From a virus: a DNA stretch of 32,000 nt. The position numbers and the translations under genes were made by a program. The notes beneath the pieces are model-generated. The model saw nothing but the letters and a program-made list of their open reading frames with translations. It did not search any database and was not told the origin of the DNA. This document shows positions 17,392-25,759 of this stretch, in pieces (within the stretch, counting starts at the first letter, position 1; each line of letters begins with the position of its first letter). The DNA lies in the IMG/VR virus record IMGVR_UViG_2551306257_000004, positions 3,278 through 35,277 of that record; one strand, 5' to 3'.

Positions 17392-17826
17392 TCACTTTAG
17401 TTCACTTTTGTCAATTACAGCACCTAGTTCACGGATTGCATCTTTCTTCTTTTTGTAGAAAGTAGTCTTGCTGCATTGTAAAAACTCAATCATATCATAT
17501 ACGCTTGCTTTCTGAATATACACCATCCTTAGAATTGTTCGACTTGCAGGTTTTGGCATTTTATCAATCAGCCTACTCAATTCAATTCTGCGTTTGATAG
17601 CTTCTTCAGTAGCATCTTTCATATACTCTTTCAAGGAATCTTGCATGCTAAAAATATCAATGTAACGTTCATCTAATTGAATCTTCTGACCCCCTTGAAC
17701 CTTATTCACGTTCATTTTAGGACTAGAAAGTAAACTAGCTTCAAGATTAGCAAGCTCATCAATTCGATTCTGTATCTCTTCATCCAAATTTTGTAGTTCA
17801 TCAAGTAACTCTTTAGCCTTGTTCAC
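17392..17826 (-). CDS. Late-gene transcriptional regulator, sigma-70 region-4-like HTH (RinA/ArpU/DUF1492-type).
   Basis: The C-terminal ASRTILRMVYIQKASVYDMIEFLQCSKTTFYKKKKDAIRELG is a region-4-type HTH. It is the last gene before terS. The likely start is GTG 17826 with AAGGAG 7 nt upstream; the track start is 17868. Confidence 0.6.
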   Translation of the reverse strand: MNKAKELLDELQNLDEEIQNRIDELANLEASLLSSPKMNVNKVQGGQKIQLDERYIDIFSMQDSLKEYMKDATEEAIKRRIELSRLIDKMPKPASRTILRMVYIQKASVYDMIEFLQCSKTTFYKKKKDAIRELGAVIDKSELK

Positions 17827-17869
17827 TCTCTGTCTCCTTTGTGGTATAATATTGATAGCGAAAACCACA

Positions 17870-17899
17870 GCCTGGGCAGAGAGTGCCTTGGCTTTTTTT
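17870..17899 (+). terminator. Hairpin with a T7 tract that is best formed on the + strand, and may act in both directions.
   Basis: + strand GCCTGGGCA-gagag-TGCCTTGGC followed by TTTTTTT. On the - strand the stem has two mismatches and only a TTTT tract 5 nt away. Confidence 0.45.
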
Positions 17900-17902
17900 G
17901 TT

Positions 17903-18169
17903 TTAGTATTGATTCAGAATGCTTACTACTTCATCGAACGGCAAGCGTACCTTAATTGTTTTTTCCTCATAGGATAAAAATGGTTTGGGTATTTTGAGAA
18001 TTAATACAGTAATATAGCTGTTCTCACTACGAATACCCTCAATACTATCTATCATTTTTTTACATAACGCAACCGAGCCAAGTTTCACAAACCTTGGCAT
18101 TTCCTTCCTAACCAATCTATTTCTTCCTGAGTACGGATACTTCTTAGGTTTCATTACTTCTCCAATCAT
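17903..18169 (-). CDS. Hypothetical early protein.
   Basis: 88-aa ORF. An alternative start is ATG 18154 (MKPKKYPYSG...) after GGAG. The ATGA overlap with the upstream gene supports 18169. Confidence 0.5.
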   Translation of the reverse strand: MIGEVMKPKKYPYSGRNRLVRKEMPRFVKLGSVALCKKMIDSIEGIRSENSYITVLILKIPKPFLSYEEKTIKVRLPFDEVVSILNQY

Positions 18170-18435
18170 AATTTAAATGTATCAGCAACAATTTGACGCC
18201 CGAAATCTTTAGCTATTAAATCGGTTTGACTCATAAGTTTATTATCAAAATTAACAAGCGGATTGAGAAGGTCTTGTCTTAAAGCCGGTCTAATACTAAC
18301 TTGTTTGACTGGCCTATTCTTTGTGTAAAGGGGAATCACTACTTCGTGTCCATTTGCTATAGCTTCCAAATCTCCATCAGTAAGATAGATTTCAAGTTTT
18401 TGATCACTACACTTAATTGCTTCCAGTTTTTCCAT
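18166..18435 (-). CDS. Hypothetical early protein.
   Basis: I set the start at ATG 18435 (MEKLEAIK...), preceded by CAGGAGG. It forms a TAATG overlap with the upstream small ORF. Confidence 0.5.
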   Translation of the reverse strand: MEKLEAIKCSDQKLEIYLTDGDLEAIANGHEVVIPLYTKNRPVKQVSIRPALRQDLLNPLVNFDNKLMSQTDLIAKDFGRQIVADTFKL

Positions 18436-18611
18436 TAACAACCTCCTGAGCACCCAGAATTGATAAAGTCTTTAAAGTTTTCAAGTTCTTCAACAACATC
18501 ATCCAGCACCTTTTTCTCTTGTCTAATATCCTTCTCCGAAGCACCTTCACGCTTGATATAATGTTCCAAAGCGTGCTTCATGATATGCAATCTCACATAT
18601 TCGCTTGCCAT
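18435..18611 (-). CDS. Hypothetical small protein (58 aa), not in the track.
   Basis: My translation is MASEYVRLHIMKHALEHYIKREGASEKDIRQEKKVLDDVVEELENFKDFINSGCSGGC*. GGAGG lies upstream. It has TAATG overlaps at both ends. Confidence 0.5.
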   Translation of the reverse strand: MASEYVRLHIMKHALEHYIKREGASEKDIRQEKKVLDDVVEELENFKDFINSGCSGGC

Positions 18612-18844
18612 TATTCCTCCTTCAACAAAAGTTTCTCTAGTCTATCAAATTCTTTTTGAGTAACAGAGACATGGTTTGAACCATTTGGGAAAGGAGTTCT
18701 AAATTCTAGTTCATTAAAACCATACGATAACCTAGCTATTTCATTTACATTTACGATTAAATCCCACTCGGTACCGTCTGATATGTAAGTTATTTTTATA
18801 AATTTATTTTTCACTGCTCCATCTCCATTTTTTAATACAGTCAA
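18611..18844 (-). CDS. Hypothetical early protein.
   Basis: 77-aa ORF that is part of the translationally coupled chain. Confidence 0.5.
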   Translation of the reverse strand: MTVLKNGDGAVKNKFIKITYISDGTEWDLIVNVNEIARLSYGFNELEFRTPFPNGSNHVSVTQKEFDRLEKLLLKEE

Positions 18845-18859
18845 TCGCTTCCTGTTTAT

Positions 18860-19168
18860 TCATTGTTTCCGTCCTTTCAAATAATCAGGGATTGGGTCGC
18901 CAACCTTAATTGCCTCATACTGTTCTTTGGTAACTAAGAACTTACCGTAGGCATGAGCTGTAACCGTGTAGCGTCCCTCTATGATTTCCTTGTCTGTGAT
19001 TTGCCCGAACATCTCAACTCCAGCGCTATCAACCTTGTGAATAATAACCATTTCACGTTCTTCTAGTCTTTTCACTTGTTCGCGCAATACTTTGACTTCT
19101 GTCACTGCTGCAAACAAAACGATGACCAAACACAGAGTCACTAAGATCAATGGATCATTTTCTTTCAT
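18860..19168 (-). CDS. Membrane-anchored small protein (DUF1372-like).
   Basis: One N-terminal TM helix (LILVTLCLVIVLFAAV). The size and sequence recall a family common in streptococcal phages. Confidence 0.5.
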   Translation of the reverse strand: MKENDPLILVTLCLVIVLFAAVTEVKVLREQVKRLEEREMVIIHKVDSAGVEMFGQITDKEIIEGRYTVTAHAYGKFLVTKEQYEAIKVGDPIPDYLKGRKQ

Positions 19169-19179
19169 TTGCTTCCTCC

Positions 19180-19695
19180 TTACCTTACACCGTGCTTTTC
19201 TAGTTGGTCGTTTTTGGTTCCTGCGTCAACAAAGTACGAGCCAATCAAAATAGCATCTGCTTCATCATCTTTCACTGCCTTTTTGAAATTTTCGGCCACT
19301 TTTGCCACTGATTGAACCTTCATTGATTTCTTGCTGCGATCCTTATAGCTAAACTTCCAATGTTTTCGCCATGTCGATACATTGACAAAAACTACCTGGT
19401 CCGCAATCAATCTCCCTAGAATGAGACCGGTCACGATACCGATGCTCATCATAGATTGTTGGTTTGGTCCCATGACATTGTTTTTTTCGACAATGATTGT
19501 CTCAAATGGGCAGTCGAATTTTTGTAAAGCCCGCGACTGGATGGCTCGTAACTCGCTGGCCATATAGCGACCACGTTCAAAGTATGATTTGCTTTTGTGC
19601 TTCAAGACACCGCTCTGGACAAGGTCTGAGCCACGGAAAATGGCCCAACCTGTCCCAGCAGTTGAAATATCTAGTGACAATGTTAGATTGCTCAA
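19180..19695 (-). CDS. RuvC-like Holliday junction resolvase.
   Basis: N-terminal SLDISTAGTGWAIF (catalytic Asp) and C-terminal DEADAILIG, with a length of 171 aa. Confidence 0.7.
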   Translation of the reverse strand: MSNLTLSLDISTAGTGWAIFRGSDLVQSGVLKHKSKSYFERGRYMASELRAIQSRALQKFDCPFETIIVEKNNVMGPNQQSMMSIGIVTGLILGRLIADQVVFVNVSTWRKHWKFSYKDRSKKSMKVQSVAKVAENFKKAVKDDEADAILIGSYFVDAGTKNDQLEKHGVR

Positions 19696-20024
19696 CTCAA
19701 TTCACCTCTCAATCCGCAGAGATCAAAAAGATTTCGCTTGTTCGCTTCAATGTATTCGAAGAAGATTTGTAATTCCGCAAGTCTTCGTTTTTCTTTCTTG
19801 ACGCCCAGGCTACTGTGATACTCGATTTCTTCGATTGGTTTTGCCTTGATGTCAAGCCAGTAAAGTGGTTCAAAGACATCTCCGTTCTCATCCAAAGACG
19901 GCTCTGCATCCTGGTTTCTGAAAATCATTTTGATATCGTAATCGATCAAGTTTTCGATTTTGATTTCCTTTTTTTCAATCTCAATGACGATTGACGTTTT
20001 TGGTACGTTAATTTTTGTAATCAT
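19692..20024 (-). CDS. Hypothetical protein.
   Basis: 110-aa ORF with a 4-nt overlap with the resolvase gene. Confidence 0.5.
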   Translation of the reverse strand: MITKINVPKTSIVIEIEKKEIKIENLIDYDIKMIFRNQDAEPSLDENGDVFEPLYWLDIKAKPIEEIEYHSSLGVKKEKRRLAELQIFFEYIEANKRNLFDLCGLRGELS

Positions 20025-20033
20025 ATATGCTCC

Positions 20034-21416
20034 TTATGCAACTTTTTCTTGTTTTGTGACTTGAAGCCACTTTTTAGCTACGTCCCAGACTTCTCCAGGG
20101 ACGTCCCTGTTGTATTTCCCTCTGAACTGGACAATCTGCCCTAGATTGACCTCAAGCGTATATAGCGGCATGTTAGGCTTGCTAGCCAGCCGGACAAAGA
20201 CAATCATTGTCTTCCCTTTGAGATGTTTTTCAGTGTACGAGCTGACGCAATGATGCAGTTTCTTACCCTCATAAATCAACTCAGCAACTCGCGACGGCAC
20301 ATGAAAGGTGTAGCCTGCCAATGTCATATCAAAGGCATCTCGACGCTTAAATTCAGCTTCAAGCTGTTTCTCACGTTCTCTCTGAGCACGGTCTTGTTCT
20401 GCTCGTCGAAGCCTACGTTGCTCCTCTCGGAATTGATTATAGAGCTCAACGGTGTGCCGGTGCATGGCATCAAAGTCCTTTGGTACTATCATCGCGTCGC
20501 CTTCTGGGTCTATGCCCATTTCAGTAAGCATATTCAAGTAGTCTTTATACTCTCGGAAATCTATCCGGTTTTTAATAACCCAGTTTTGAAATTTATTGAT
20601 CCCGACACCTGCTGGAATGTGCTTGATATCCTGGTAGTCCAAGTGTTTTTCTATACCTGGGATAAGCTTTCCATTTCGTTGGCCAATTCTACGAGCCAGT
20701 TCGAATTCACTGAAACTACGGTCCGAATTTTTGAAAAATTGCTTGTTTTTCTGTAGCCAGCGACGATTGAGAGTGCGCATATCAACCGTTTTTTTATACC
20801 CTAATCTCGTAAAAGCGTATGGAAACATTATTTCGTCGGCCAAACGATTTGCACCGATTTTCTGAGCAAATTCAATCTCATATCGATATTTGTACAGGCG
20901 TTCAATTTGATGGTAACCAATCCTGTCAAATTTGATGTATCTTAATTCAGAAATCGTCTTCAGCTGCTTGTTCCAATTGTTCGGATAAAATTTATTGCCA
21001 GTGTATGGACCAGATCCGTAGTAGTTTTCAATCAGGAATGGCAGGTACTGGTCATTATTCGCACAACCAATCTTGATGTGCTTGCCACCCTCGAACCGCT
21101 CCAGGTTTGTCATTTCAAAATTGATCGATTGCTTACCGTTGTCAAAACTGGAAGAGAACATGTATGACTGAATTTCAATCCTTTTAGCTGTGGCCAAGAC
21201 AACCGAGAAAAAATATACCTTATCAAAGAAAGTCAGTTTTGATGCTTTTGTCAGTCTCTTTTCGACACAGTGCCCCAACTTCAAATCGCTGGCCACAATG
21301 GTTTCATGCTTATTGGACCATTTGTAAGTAGTTATCTGAGAATAGCACCAGTCCCAGAACGATTTGGGCGGTTTTAATCTTCGCTCTGCTTCACGTTTAC
21401 ATTGCTCTGGTTTCAT
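20034..21416 (-). CDS. PcfJ-like domain protein.
   Basis: The C-terminal ELIYEGKKLHHCVSSYTEKHLKGKTMIVFVRLASKPNMPLYTLEV matches my memory of the PcfJ-like signature (L.HCV..Y....G...I...R). It overlaps the PcfK-like gene by 4 nt. Confidence 0.55.
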   Translation of the reverse strand: MKPEQCKREAERRLKPPKSFWDWCYSQITTYKWSNKHETIVASDLKLGHCVEKRLTKASKLTFFDKVYFFSVVLATAKRIEIQSYMFSSSFDNGKQSINFEMTNLERFEGGKHIKIGCANNDQYLPFLIENYYGSGPYTGNKFYPNNWNKQLKTISELRYIKFDRIGYHQIERLYKYRYEIEFAQKIGANRLADEIMFPYAFTRLGYKKTVDMRTLNRRWLQKNKQFFKNSDRSFSEFELARRIGQRNGKLIPGIEKHLDYQDIKHIPAGVGINKFQNWVIKNRIDFREYKDYLNMLTEMGIDPEGDAMIVPKDFDAMHRHTVELYNQFREEQRRLRRAEQDRAQREREKQLEAEFKRRDAFDMTLAGYTFHVPSRVAELIYEGKKLHHCVSSYTEKHLKGKTMIVFVRLASKPNMPLYTLEVNLGQIVQFRGKYNRDVPGEVWDVAKKWLQVTKQEKVA

Positions 21417-21874
21417 GCTTCATCCAAAAAGTCAAAAATGCTCATTTGATTTTCGACTACACCTTTCGTGGATTTTTTGGGTTTATCTGGCTTGGTATCT
21501 TCAACTGGCCAGATACCCTGACGGGCTTTGGCTGTAGCTGATTTAGCAGGCTTAGTTTTTTTCTTGGAAACTGGCTCAACTGGTACTTGTCTAATATTCT
21601 CCAATTTGCTATTGGAAAGGAAATACTCTCGAACCCAACCGAACACGGTTTGATCATCAATGCAGGCAACACCATTCTGAGCAAATTCCTTAGCCTTTTT
21701 CTTAGCGTATTCCAAAGATGATTTGATTGTATAGCCATCCTTCAGGATACCTTGGAAAAGCTCATCGTCTTCCTGCTCGCACAGCCAATTATGGACATGG
21801 TCCTCTGATGGGCTGTGTTCCTTGTTCATTTCGTCCAGCATCTTTGCTAGTGCTTTTTCTTTTAATTCGTTCAT
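21413..21874 (-). CDS. PcfK-like protein (AcrIIA9-family-like).
   Basis: 153 aa. The N-terminal domain ...HVHNWLCEQEDDELFQGILKDGYTIKSSLEYAKKKAKEFAQNGVACIDDQTVFGWVREYF fits the PcfK-like pattern. It has a basic tail. It is paired with a PcfJ-like gene as in pCF10-type elements. Confidence 0.45.
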   Translation of the reverse strand: MNELKEKALAKMLDEMNKEHSPSEDHVHNWLCEQEDDELFQGILKDGYTIKSSLEYAKKKAKEFAQNGVACIDDQTVFGWVREYFLSNSKLENIRQVPVEPVSKKKTKPAKSATAKARQGIWPVEDTKPDKPKKSTKGVVENQMSIFDFLDEA

Positions 21875-21884
21875 AATTTAGTCC

Positions 21885-21931
21885 TAAAAAATAGGCCTGG
21901 TTGCGAGTGAAAGCTAATATAACACCAGGCC
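21885..21931 (-). terminator. Possible terminator with a large loop.
   Basis: GGCCTGGT / ACCAGGCC is an 8-bp stem (21894-21901 / 21924-21931) with a 22-nt loop. On the - strand it is followed by TATTTTTT. Confidence 0.4.
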
Positions 21932-22014
21932 CAACGAAATTCTCACTGTCTATTCGTCCAAAATGACTGTGAGTTGACGCTTTCTAGTTCGCTTTTATCG
22001 TGGTTCACGGCACG

Positions 22015-22290
22015 TTATCTGTGTTCCCAGGTACAAAAGATTGTCAATTGTTTCTTCAGGTTGAAACCATTTCGGAAATTTAGGACAAATCTTTTTTCTG
22101 GGTATGTTTGCATTTTTTTATAAATATATTCAGACATATGATCAATTGGTTCTCCGCTGAACCATTTGATGCCGTTACTTTTGACCAATTCGAGCAACTC
22201 TCTAGCTTCACCAATTGTTCCAGCTACCAGAGAAAATTCAGCTATAGATTCTTCCTTCAACTGCTTTATTTTTTCAGCAAAATTTGTCAT
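22015..22290 (-). CDS. Hypothetical protein.
   Basis: 91-aa ORF in the expected orientation. Confidence 0.5.
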   Translation of the reverse strand: MTNFAEKIKQLKEESIAEFSLVAGTIGEARELLELVKSNGIKWFSGEPIDHMSEYIYKKMQTYPEKRFVLNFRNGFNLKKQLTIFCTWEHR

Positions 22291-22303
22291 TTAAAGCGCC
22301 TTT

Positions 22304-23140
22304 CTAAAATATCCCCGCAATCAAATCATCCAGATTGATTACACGGTCCAGGGTTCGCTTACTGCGGCAGTAGTCACAATTCCCACAACCTTTCGGTTTG
22401 ATTTCGCCTGCGATGATTCCAGCGACACGCTCGACATTGTTTTCAAAGAATTGCAGACCTTCGTCTAAACGGTATTGCGAAAGTGTGATAACTGCTTTGT
22501 CAGGCACGTCTTCCTTACTGACTGCGACAACAAATGGAACAAAATTTGGATAGCCCATTTGTCGCAACAATTCCTGATACAGCCCCAGTTGGACATCGTA
22601 GCGAAAACCTAAAATGTTAGCAGCAGCTCCAGGCATTTTCTTTCGTTCCACATCGGACCATTCAAGACCGCGGATGGTCTTCATGGTTTTTAGATCCACA
22701 AAATAACCTTCAGTCAAGTTGATACTATCCACCTTACCCTTGACCTTGATACCAAAGATTTCGCCTTCCAAAATCATTTCCTTGCGGACATCGTCGCCTG
22801 GGTTGCCGTGATAGAGAGGCAAGAAATCTTTGTCATCTTTCAGAGCATCAATCATGTTCTGGGCAACTTGGAACTCTTTCTTCAGCTCTCCCTTAGTCGC
22901 TCCACGGCTCGAAATCATCCTAGTTTTGTTGGCGTCAACAAAATTGGCGTGAGCTTCTTCGCTCTCGAAATAACTATGTACATAGTTGCCGACCAACAAA
23001 GCTGTATCATCTCGCTTGTCCGTCCACTCCTTATCATCAATGGCTTTAGCTTTCGCTTCGCAGTCCATGTAAGCCTTAAAGCGAGAATTCGAAAGCCATT
23101 GACGGTCTTGGTAATAATTTTCTTCAGTTAGTCTAGTCAT
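22304..23140 (-). CDS. PD-(D/E)XK nuclease with Cas4/AddB-like cysteine cluster, the likely exonuclease partner of RecT.
   Basis: It has VDS...VDLK (D...(D/E)xK). There are exactly four Cys: one in MDCEAK and three in GCGNCDYC. It lies in an operon with RecT. Confidence 0.65.
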   Translation of the reverse strand: MTRLTEENYYQDRQWLSNSRFKAYMDCEAKAKAIDDKEWTDKRDDTALLVGNYVHSYFESEEAHANFVDANKTRMISSRGATKGELKKEFQVAQNMIDALKDDKDFLPLYHGNPGDDVRKEMILEGEIFGIKVKGKVDSINLTEGYFVDLKTMKTIRGLEWSDVERKKMPGAAANILGFRYDVQLGLYQELLRQMGYPNFVPFVVAVSKEDVPDKAVITLSQYRLDEGLQFFENNVERVAGIIAGEIKPKGCGNCDYCRSKRTLDRVINLDDLIAGIF

Positions 23141-24347
23141 TGATTTTCACCCATTCTCCTAATTTTTCAACAACTATCCCATGCTGTTCATACAAACCAC
23201 CCTTACCACCGAATAACTTAGCAGTCGCTCCGTCTGGGAAAGTAATTCTGAAATCACCTTGCCATTTGACCACCTTCTTATTCAGCTTTATTTTGTCCTC
23301 TGACGCGTTTTTCTGTTCGGAGGTATATTTACCCTCTGACACATTTTCTTGTTGAATTTCGTCAGAATTTGGGCGATTTTGAGCATTTCCGCAAATAGCT
23401 CCATGTTGAGCTAGGAATTCCTGCTCCATTCGGTCCTGTTCTTCTTGCCATTTTCTTGCGTCATTGACAAGTTCTTCATGGACGGCTAGTGCAGATACCC
23501 CTGATTCGAGCATATCGGCATACTTCTTCGGGTTCAGACCTTTACTCTCTGCGATAGCAGTCATCTCTTCAATCCGTTTTGCCAGTTGTTGCTTGCGTCT
23601 AACTTCTTCACGGGTTCTATCTGCCAGAGCCTTGTCATCAGCAATTGCCTGTAAGATGTCAGCTAGGCTTGCTCCTTGTTCAAAATTACGTACGTAAGGA
23701 GCTGGGCCAAAGTCTGCTTTGGCAGCTGCTTCAGTAATTTTGATTAGTGCTGACTCATATTCTTCCTTCTTGGCCACCTCTTCCTCTACCAAGCTGGTAA
23801 CCATATTGACTGTGGCTTTATTTGGGCGAATATTGTCAGCCATGAAGCATGTCTTCTTAGAAAACTCATCAAAATACTTGCTGAACAAACGGATGTCAAT
23901 GTCTTTTCCTGTGCTTGCAATAACTTCCCGGAATAGTTCCTCAATGGTTTTGGCACGTTTAAGTCGTTCCTGTTCTTCAAACGCCTTCACACCTTCATCA
24001 ATCGACTCGCCAATTTCGGCGATAGGTTCCAACAAGCCGTCCACCCAAGCCTTGACTTCGTCGATGGGCTTGTTGTAATCTGCCAATTTTTCTTTAACAG
24101 CTGACTTGACCTTCTTCTGCAGTTTGTTTAACTCAGCTCGGACCTTGGCATCGTCTTCAAACGTTTCTGCCGTGACGGTATAGTTCTTGTATTTTTCAAC
24201 GTATCCAGTAAGTGCCTGCTCCAACAAATCCTTGCCCACGATAGTGATTTGGGCTGGTGTGAATTCGAAGTCAAAATCTAATACTGTCGCAGTCGGAACT
24301 GGTGCCATACTTTCCAGATTGTCAAATAGAGATAGTTCTTCAGACAT
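23133..24347 (-). CDS. DUF1351-like phage protein.
   Basis: 404 aa, helical and charged, immediately downstream of RecT with a 1-nt overlap. This arrangement is common in streptococcal and lactococcal phages. Confidence 0.55.
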   Translation of the reverse strand: MSEELSLFDNLESMAPVPTATVLDFDFEFTPAQITIVGKDLLEQALTGYVEKYKNYTVTAETFEDDAKVRAELNKLQKKVKSAVKEKLADYNKPIDEVKAWVDGLLEPIAEIGESIDEGVKAFEEQERLKRAKTIEELFREVIASTGKDIDIRLFSKYFDEFSKKTCFMADNIRPNKATVNMVTSLVEEEVAKKEEYESALIKITEAAAKADFGPAPYVRNFEQGASLADILQAIADDKALADRTREEVRRKQQLAKRIEEMTAIAESKGLNPKKYADMLESGVSALAVHEELVNDARKWQEEQDRMEQEFLAQHGAICGNAQNRPNSDEIQQENVSEGKYTSEQKNASEDKIKLNKKVVKWQGDFRITFPDGATAKLFGGKGGLYEQHGIVVEKLGEWVKIND

Positions 24348-25258
24348 TAGAACGGTTCCTCCTCATCTAAGATTTCGCCGGTTTCGGCATCAATGACCTG
24401 CTCGGTTGTTTCCATTTTGGAAATATCCACTCCCGCTTCTTCAACAGTTTCCGTTTCAGAAATAGTTGCATCTTCTGCAGGTTCTTCAGCAACAGTCTTG
24501 CCGGTCATCTTGTCCAGGATATCCTGCCCAGCTGATTGAACTGGCTCTGCTTCTTTGATTTGACGGTCGTTGTCATATTCTTCAGCAATTGTATTGTTAA
24601 TTGCCCCAGCAAATAAATCGCTATCATCGCTAGTATTTACAAAGAATTTGGCTGCTCGATTGATAACTGTCCGCATAGCCATCTGGTCAGGGAAATCAAT
24701 TTGGACATTTTTTGTCTTGGCTTTTGACCATGATTTATCAATCTGCTTCTTGGTCATGATGGTCAAAAATTTCTCCCCGTCCACACGTTCGATGATGCAA
24801 TAAGCTCCAGCAATAGGATTATCAGCATTTTGCCATTCAGTCTTGTGGTTTACCAACACCTTGCGTCCATTTTCATTTTTGATTTCGACTTCATCACCTT
24901 CGTAAATAACCTCAGCAATAATATCCTTAACATCTTGCAATTGCTTAACGGTTTTCATTGTGCCAAAGTAGGACATTCTAAGTTGTACTTCTGATCCGTA
25001 CTTGATAAAATAACATTGTTTTTTTGCAGGGCTAAGACCTTGCGTCACCATATCCAACAAAGCGTTGTAAACACTATCTTGGCTACATTGTTGGAGTAGA
25101 TTGCCACTCGCTGAGTTTTTCAAAGCATAATAGGCAGAACTAAGGGCGTTACTAACACTGTAGTTAGGTGCAATTAATAACCCTTCGCCTTTCATCGCTT
25201 CAATCCGGTTAGCCACGTTCGATGTGACTTGCTTTTGTGTTAATTCAGTAGTTGTCAT
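24347..25258 (-). CDS. recT: RecT-family single-strand annealing protein.
   Basis: 303 aa. The RecT-like core is ...CYFIKYGSEVQLRMSYFGTMK...AGAYCIIERVDGEK...MTKKQIDKSW. It has an acidic C-terminal tail. Confidence 0.75.
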   Translation of the reverse strand: MTTTELTQKQVTSNVANRIEAMKGEGLLIAPNYSVSNALSSAYYALKNSASGNLLQQCSQDSVYNALLDMVTQGLSPAKKQCYFIKYGSEVQLRMSYFGTMKTVKQLQDVKDIIAEVIYEGDEVEIKNENGRKVLVNHKTEWQNADNPIAGAYCIIERVDGEKFLTIMTKKQIDKSWSKAKTKNVQIDFPDQMAMRTVINRAAKFFVNTSDDSDLFAGAINNTIAEEYDNDRQIKEAEPVQSAGQDILDKMTGKTVAEEPAEDATISETETVEEAGVDISKMETTEQVIDAETGEILDEEEPF

Positions 25259-25277
25259 TATTTTCTCCTTGCTTTTC

Positions 25278-25445
25278 TTAATAACCTGTTTGGTTTCGCC
25301 ATTCTTCTTGTAATTCTTTAACCATTTGAAGATGACTCATTTTCATGATTCGTCTTTTGTCTTGATAGCTACCATCCCAAACATTAGCAAGCATGTCATC
25401 TTGCAGCTGCTGCTTAAACTTTTTTAAATGTAGTCGCTTCTTCAA
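25278..25445 (-). CDS. Possible small ORF (55 aa, TTG start).
   Basis: My translation is (TTG)MKKRLHLKKFKQQLQDDMLANVWDGSYQDKRRIMKMSHLQMVKELQEEWRNQTGY*. The start overlaps the upstream stop. No clear RBS was seen. Confidence 0.3.
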   Translation of the reverse strand: MKKRLHLKKFKQQLQDDMLANVWDGSYQDKRRIMKMSHLQMVKELQEEWRNQTGY

Positions 25446-25621
25446 TGTTTTCTCCCTTTTGTCTTTCTTAAGTTGAATTTCTCACGCTTTAAGCGTCTGT
25501 TTTCTCGTTTCAGGGCAAGTATCAAGTCCTGTTGTTCGTTGATAATCTCGCCCAGCTCTCGGCCCAGGTGGAAATAATCACACCTCAGCCGTCGGATTGT
25601 ATCTAGTAATTCCTCTGTCAT
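25442..25621 (-). CDS. Small coiled-coil protein (59 aa).
   Basis: I set the start at ATG 25621 (MTEELLDTIRRL...), which forms a TAATG overlap with the upstream small ORF. Confidence 0.45.
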   Translation of the reverse strand: MTEELLDTIRRLRCDYFHLGRELGEIINEQQDLILALKRENRRLKREKFNLRKTKGRKH

Positions 25622-25749
25622 TATGCATCCCCTACATAAATCCATTGACCGCCACGAAACACCCATTCATCAGGATCGTGTACCTGTCTTGGTTCATCAG
25701 GTTGTAGATAATCACGGTCGTAATCAAACCATGAGTAAGTGTCTTCCAT
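25621..25749 (-). CDS. Small ORF (42 aa), not in the track.
   Basis: AGGAGGTACGGC precedes the ATG. Translation: MEDTYSWFDYDRDYLQPDEPRQVHDPDEWVFRGGQWIYVGDA*. Confidence 0.4.
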   Translation of the reverse strand: MEDTYSWFDYDRDYLQPDEPRQVHDPDEWVFRGGQWIYVGDA

Positions 25750-25759
25750 GCCGTACCTC

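Noticed and set aside
20223-20756. 177-aa + strand ORF.
   Set aside because: It is antisense to the 460-aa PcfJ-like ORF, has no RBS, and has a Phe/Leu/Ser-rich shadow-frame composition.
23140-24396. Series of + strand ORFs (69-119 aa), plus a - strand one at 23786-23980.
   Set aside because: They are antisense to, or out of frame within, the DUF1351-like gene. Their Ser/Leu-rich composition is typical of the reverse frame of Glu/Lys-rich genes.
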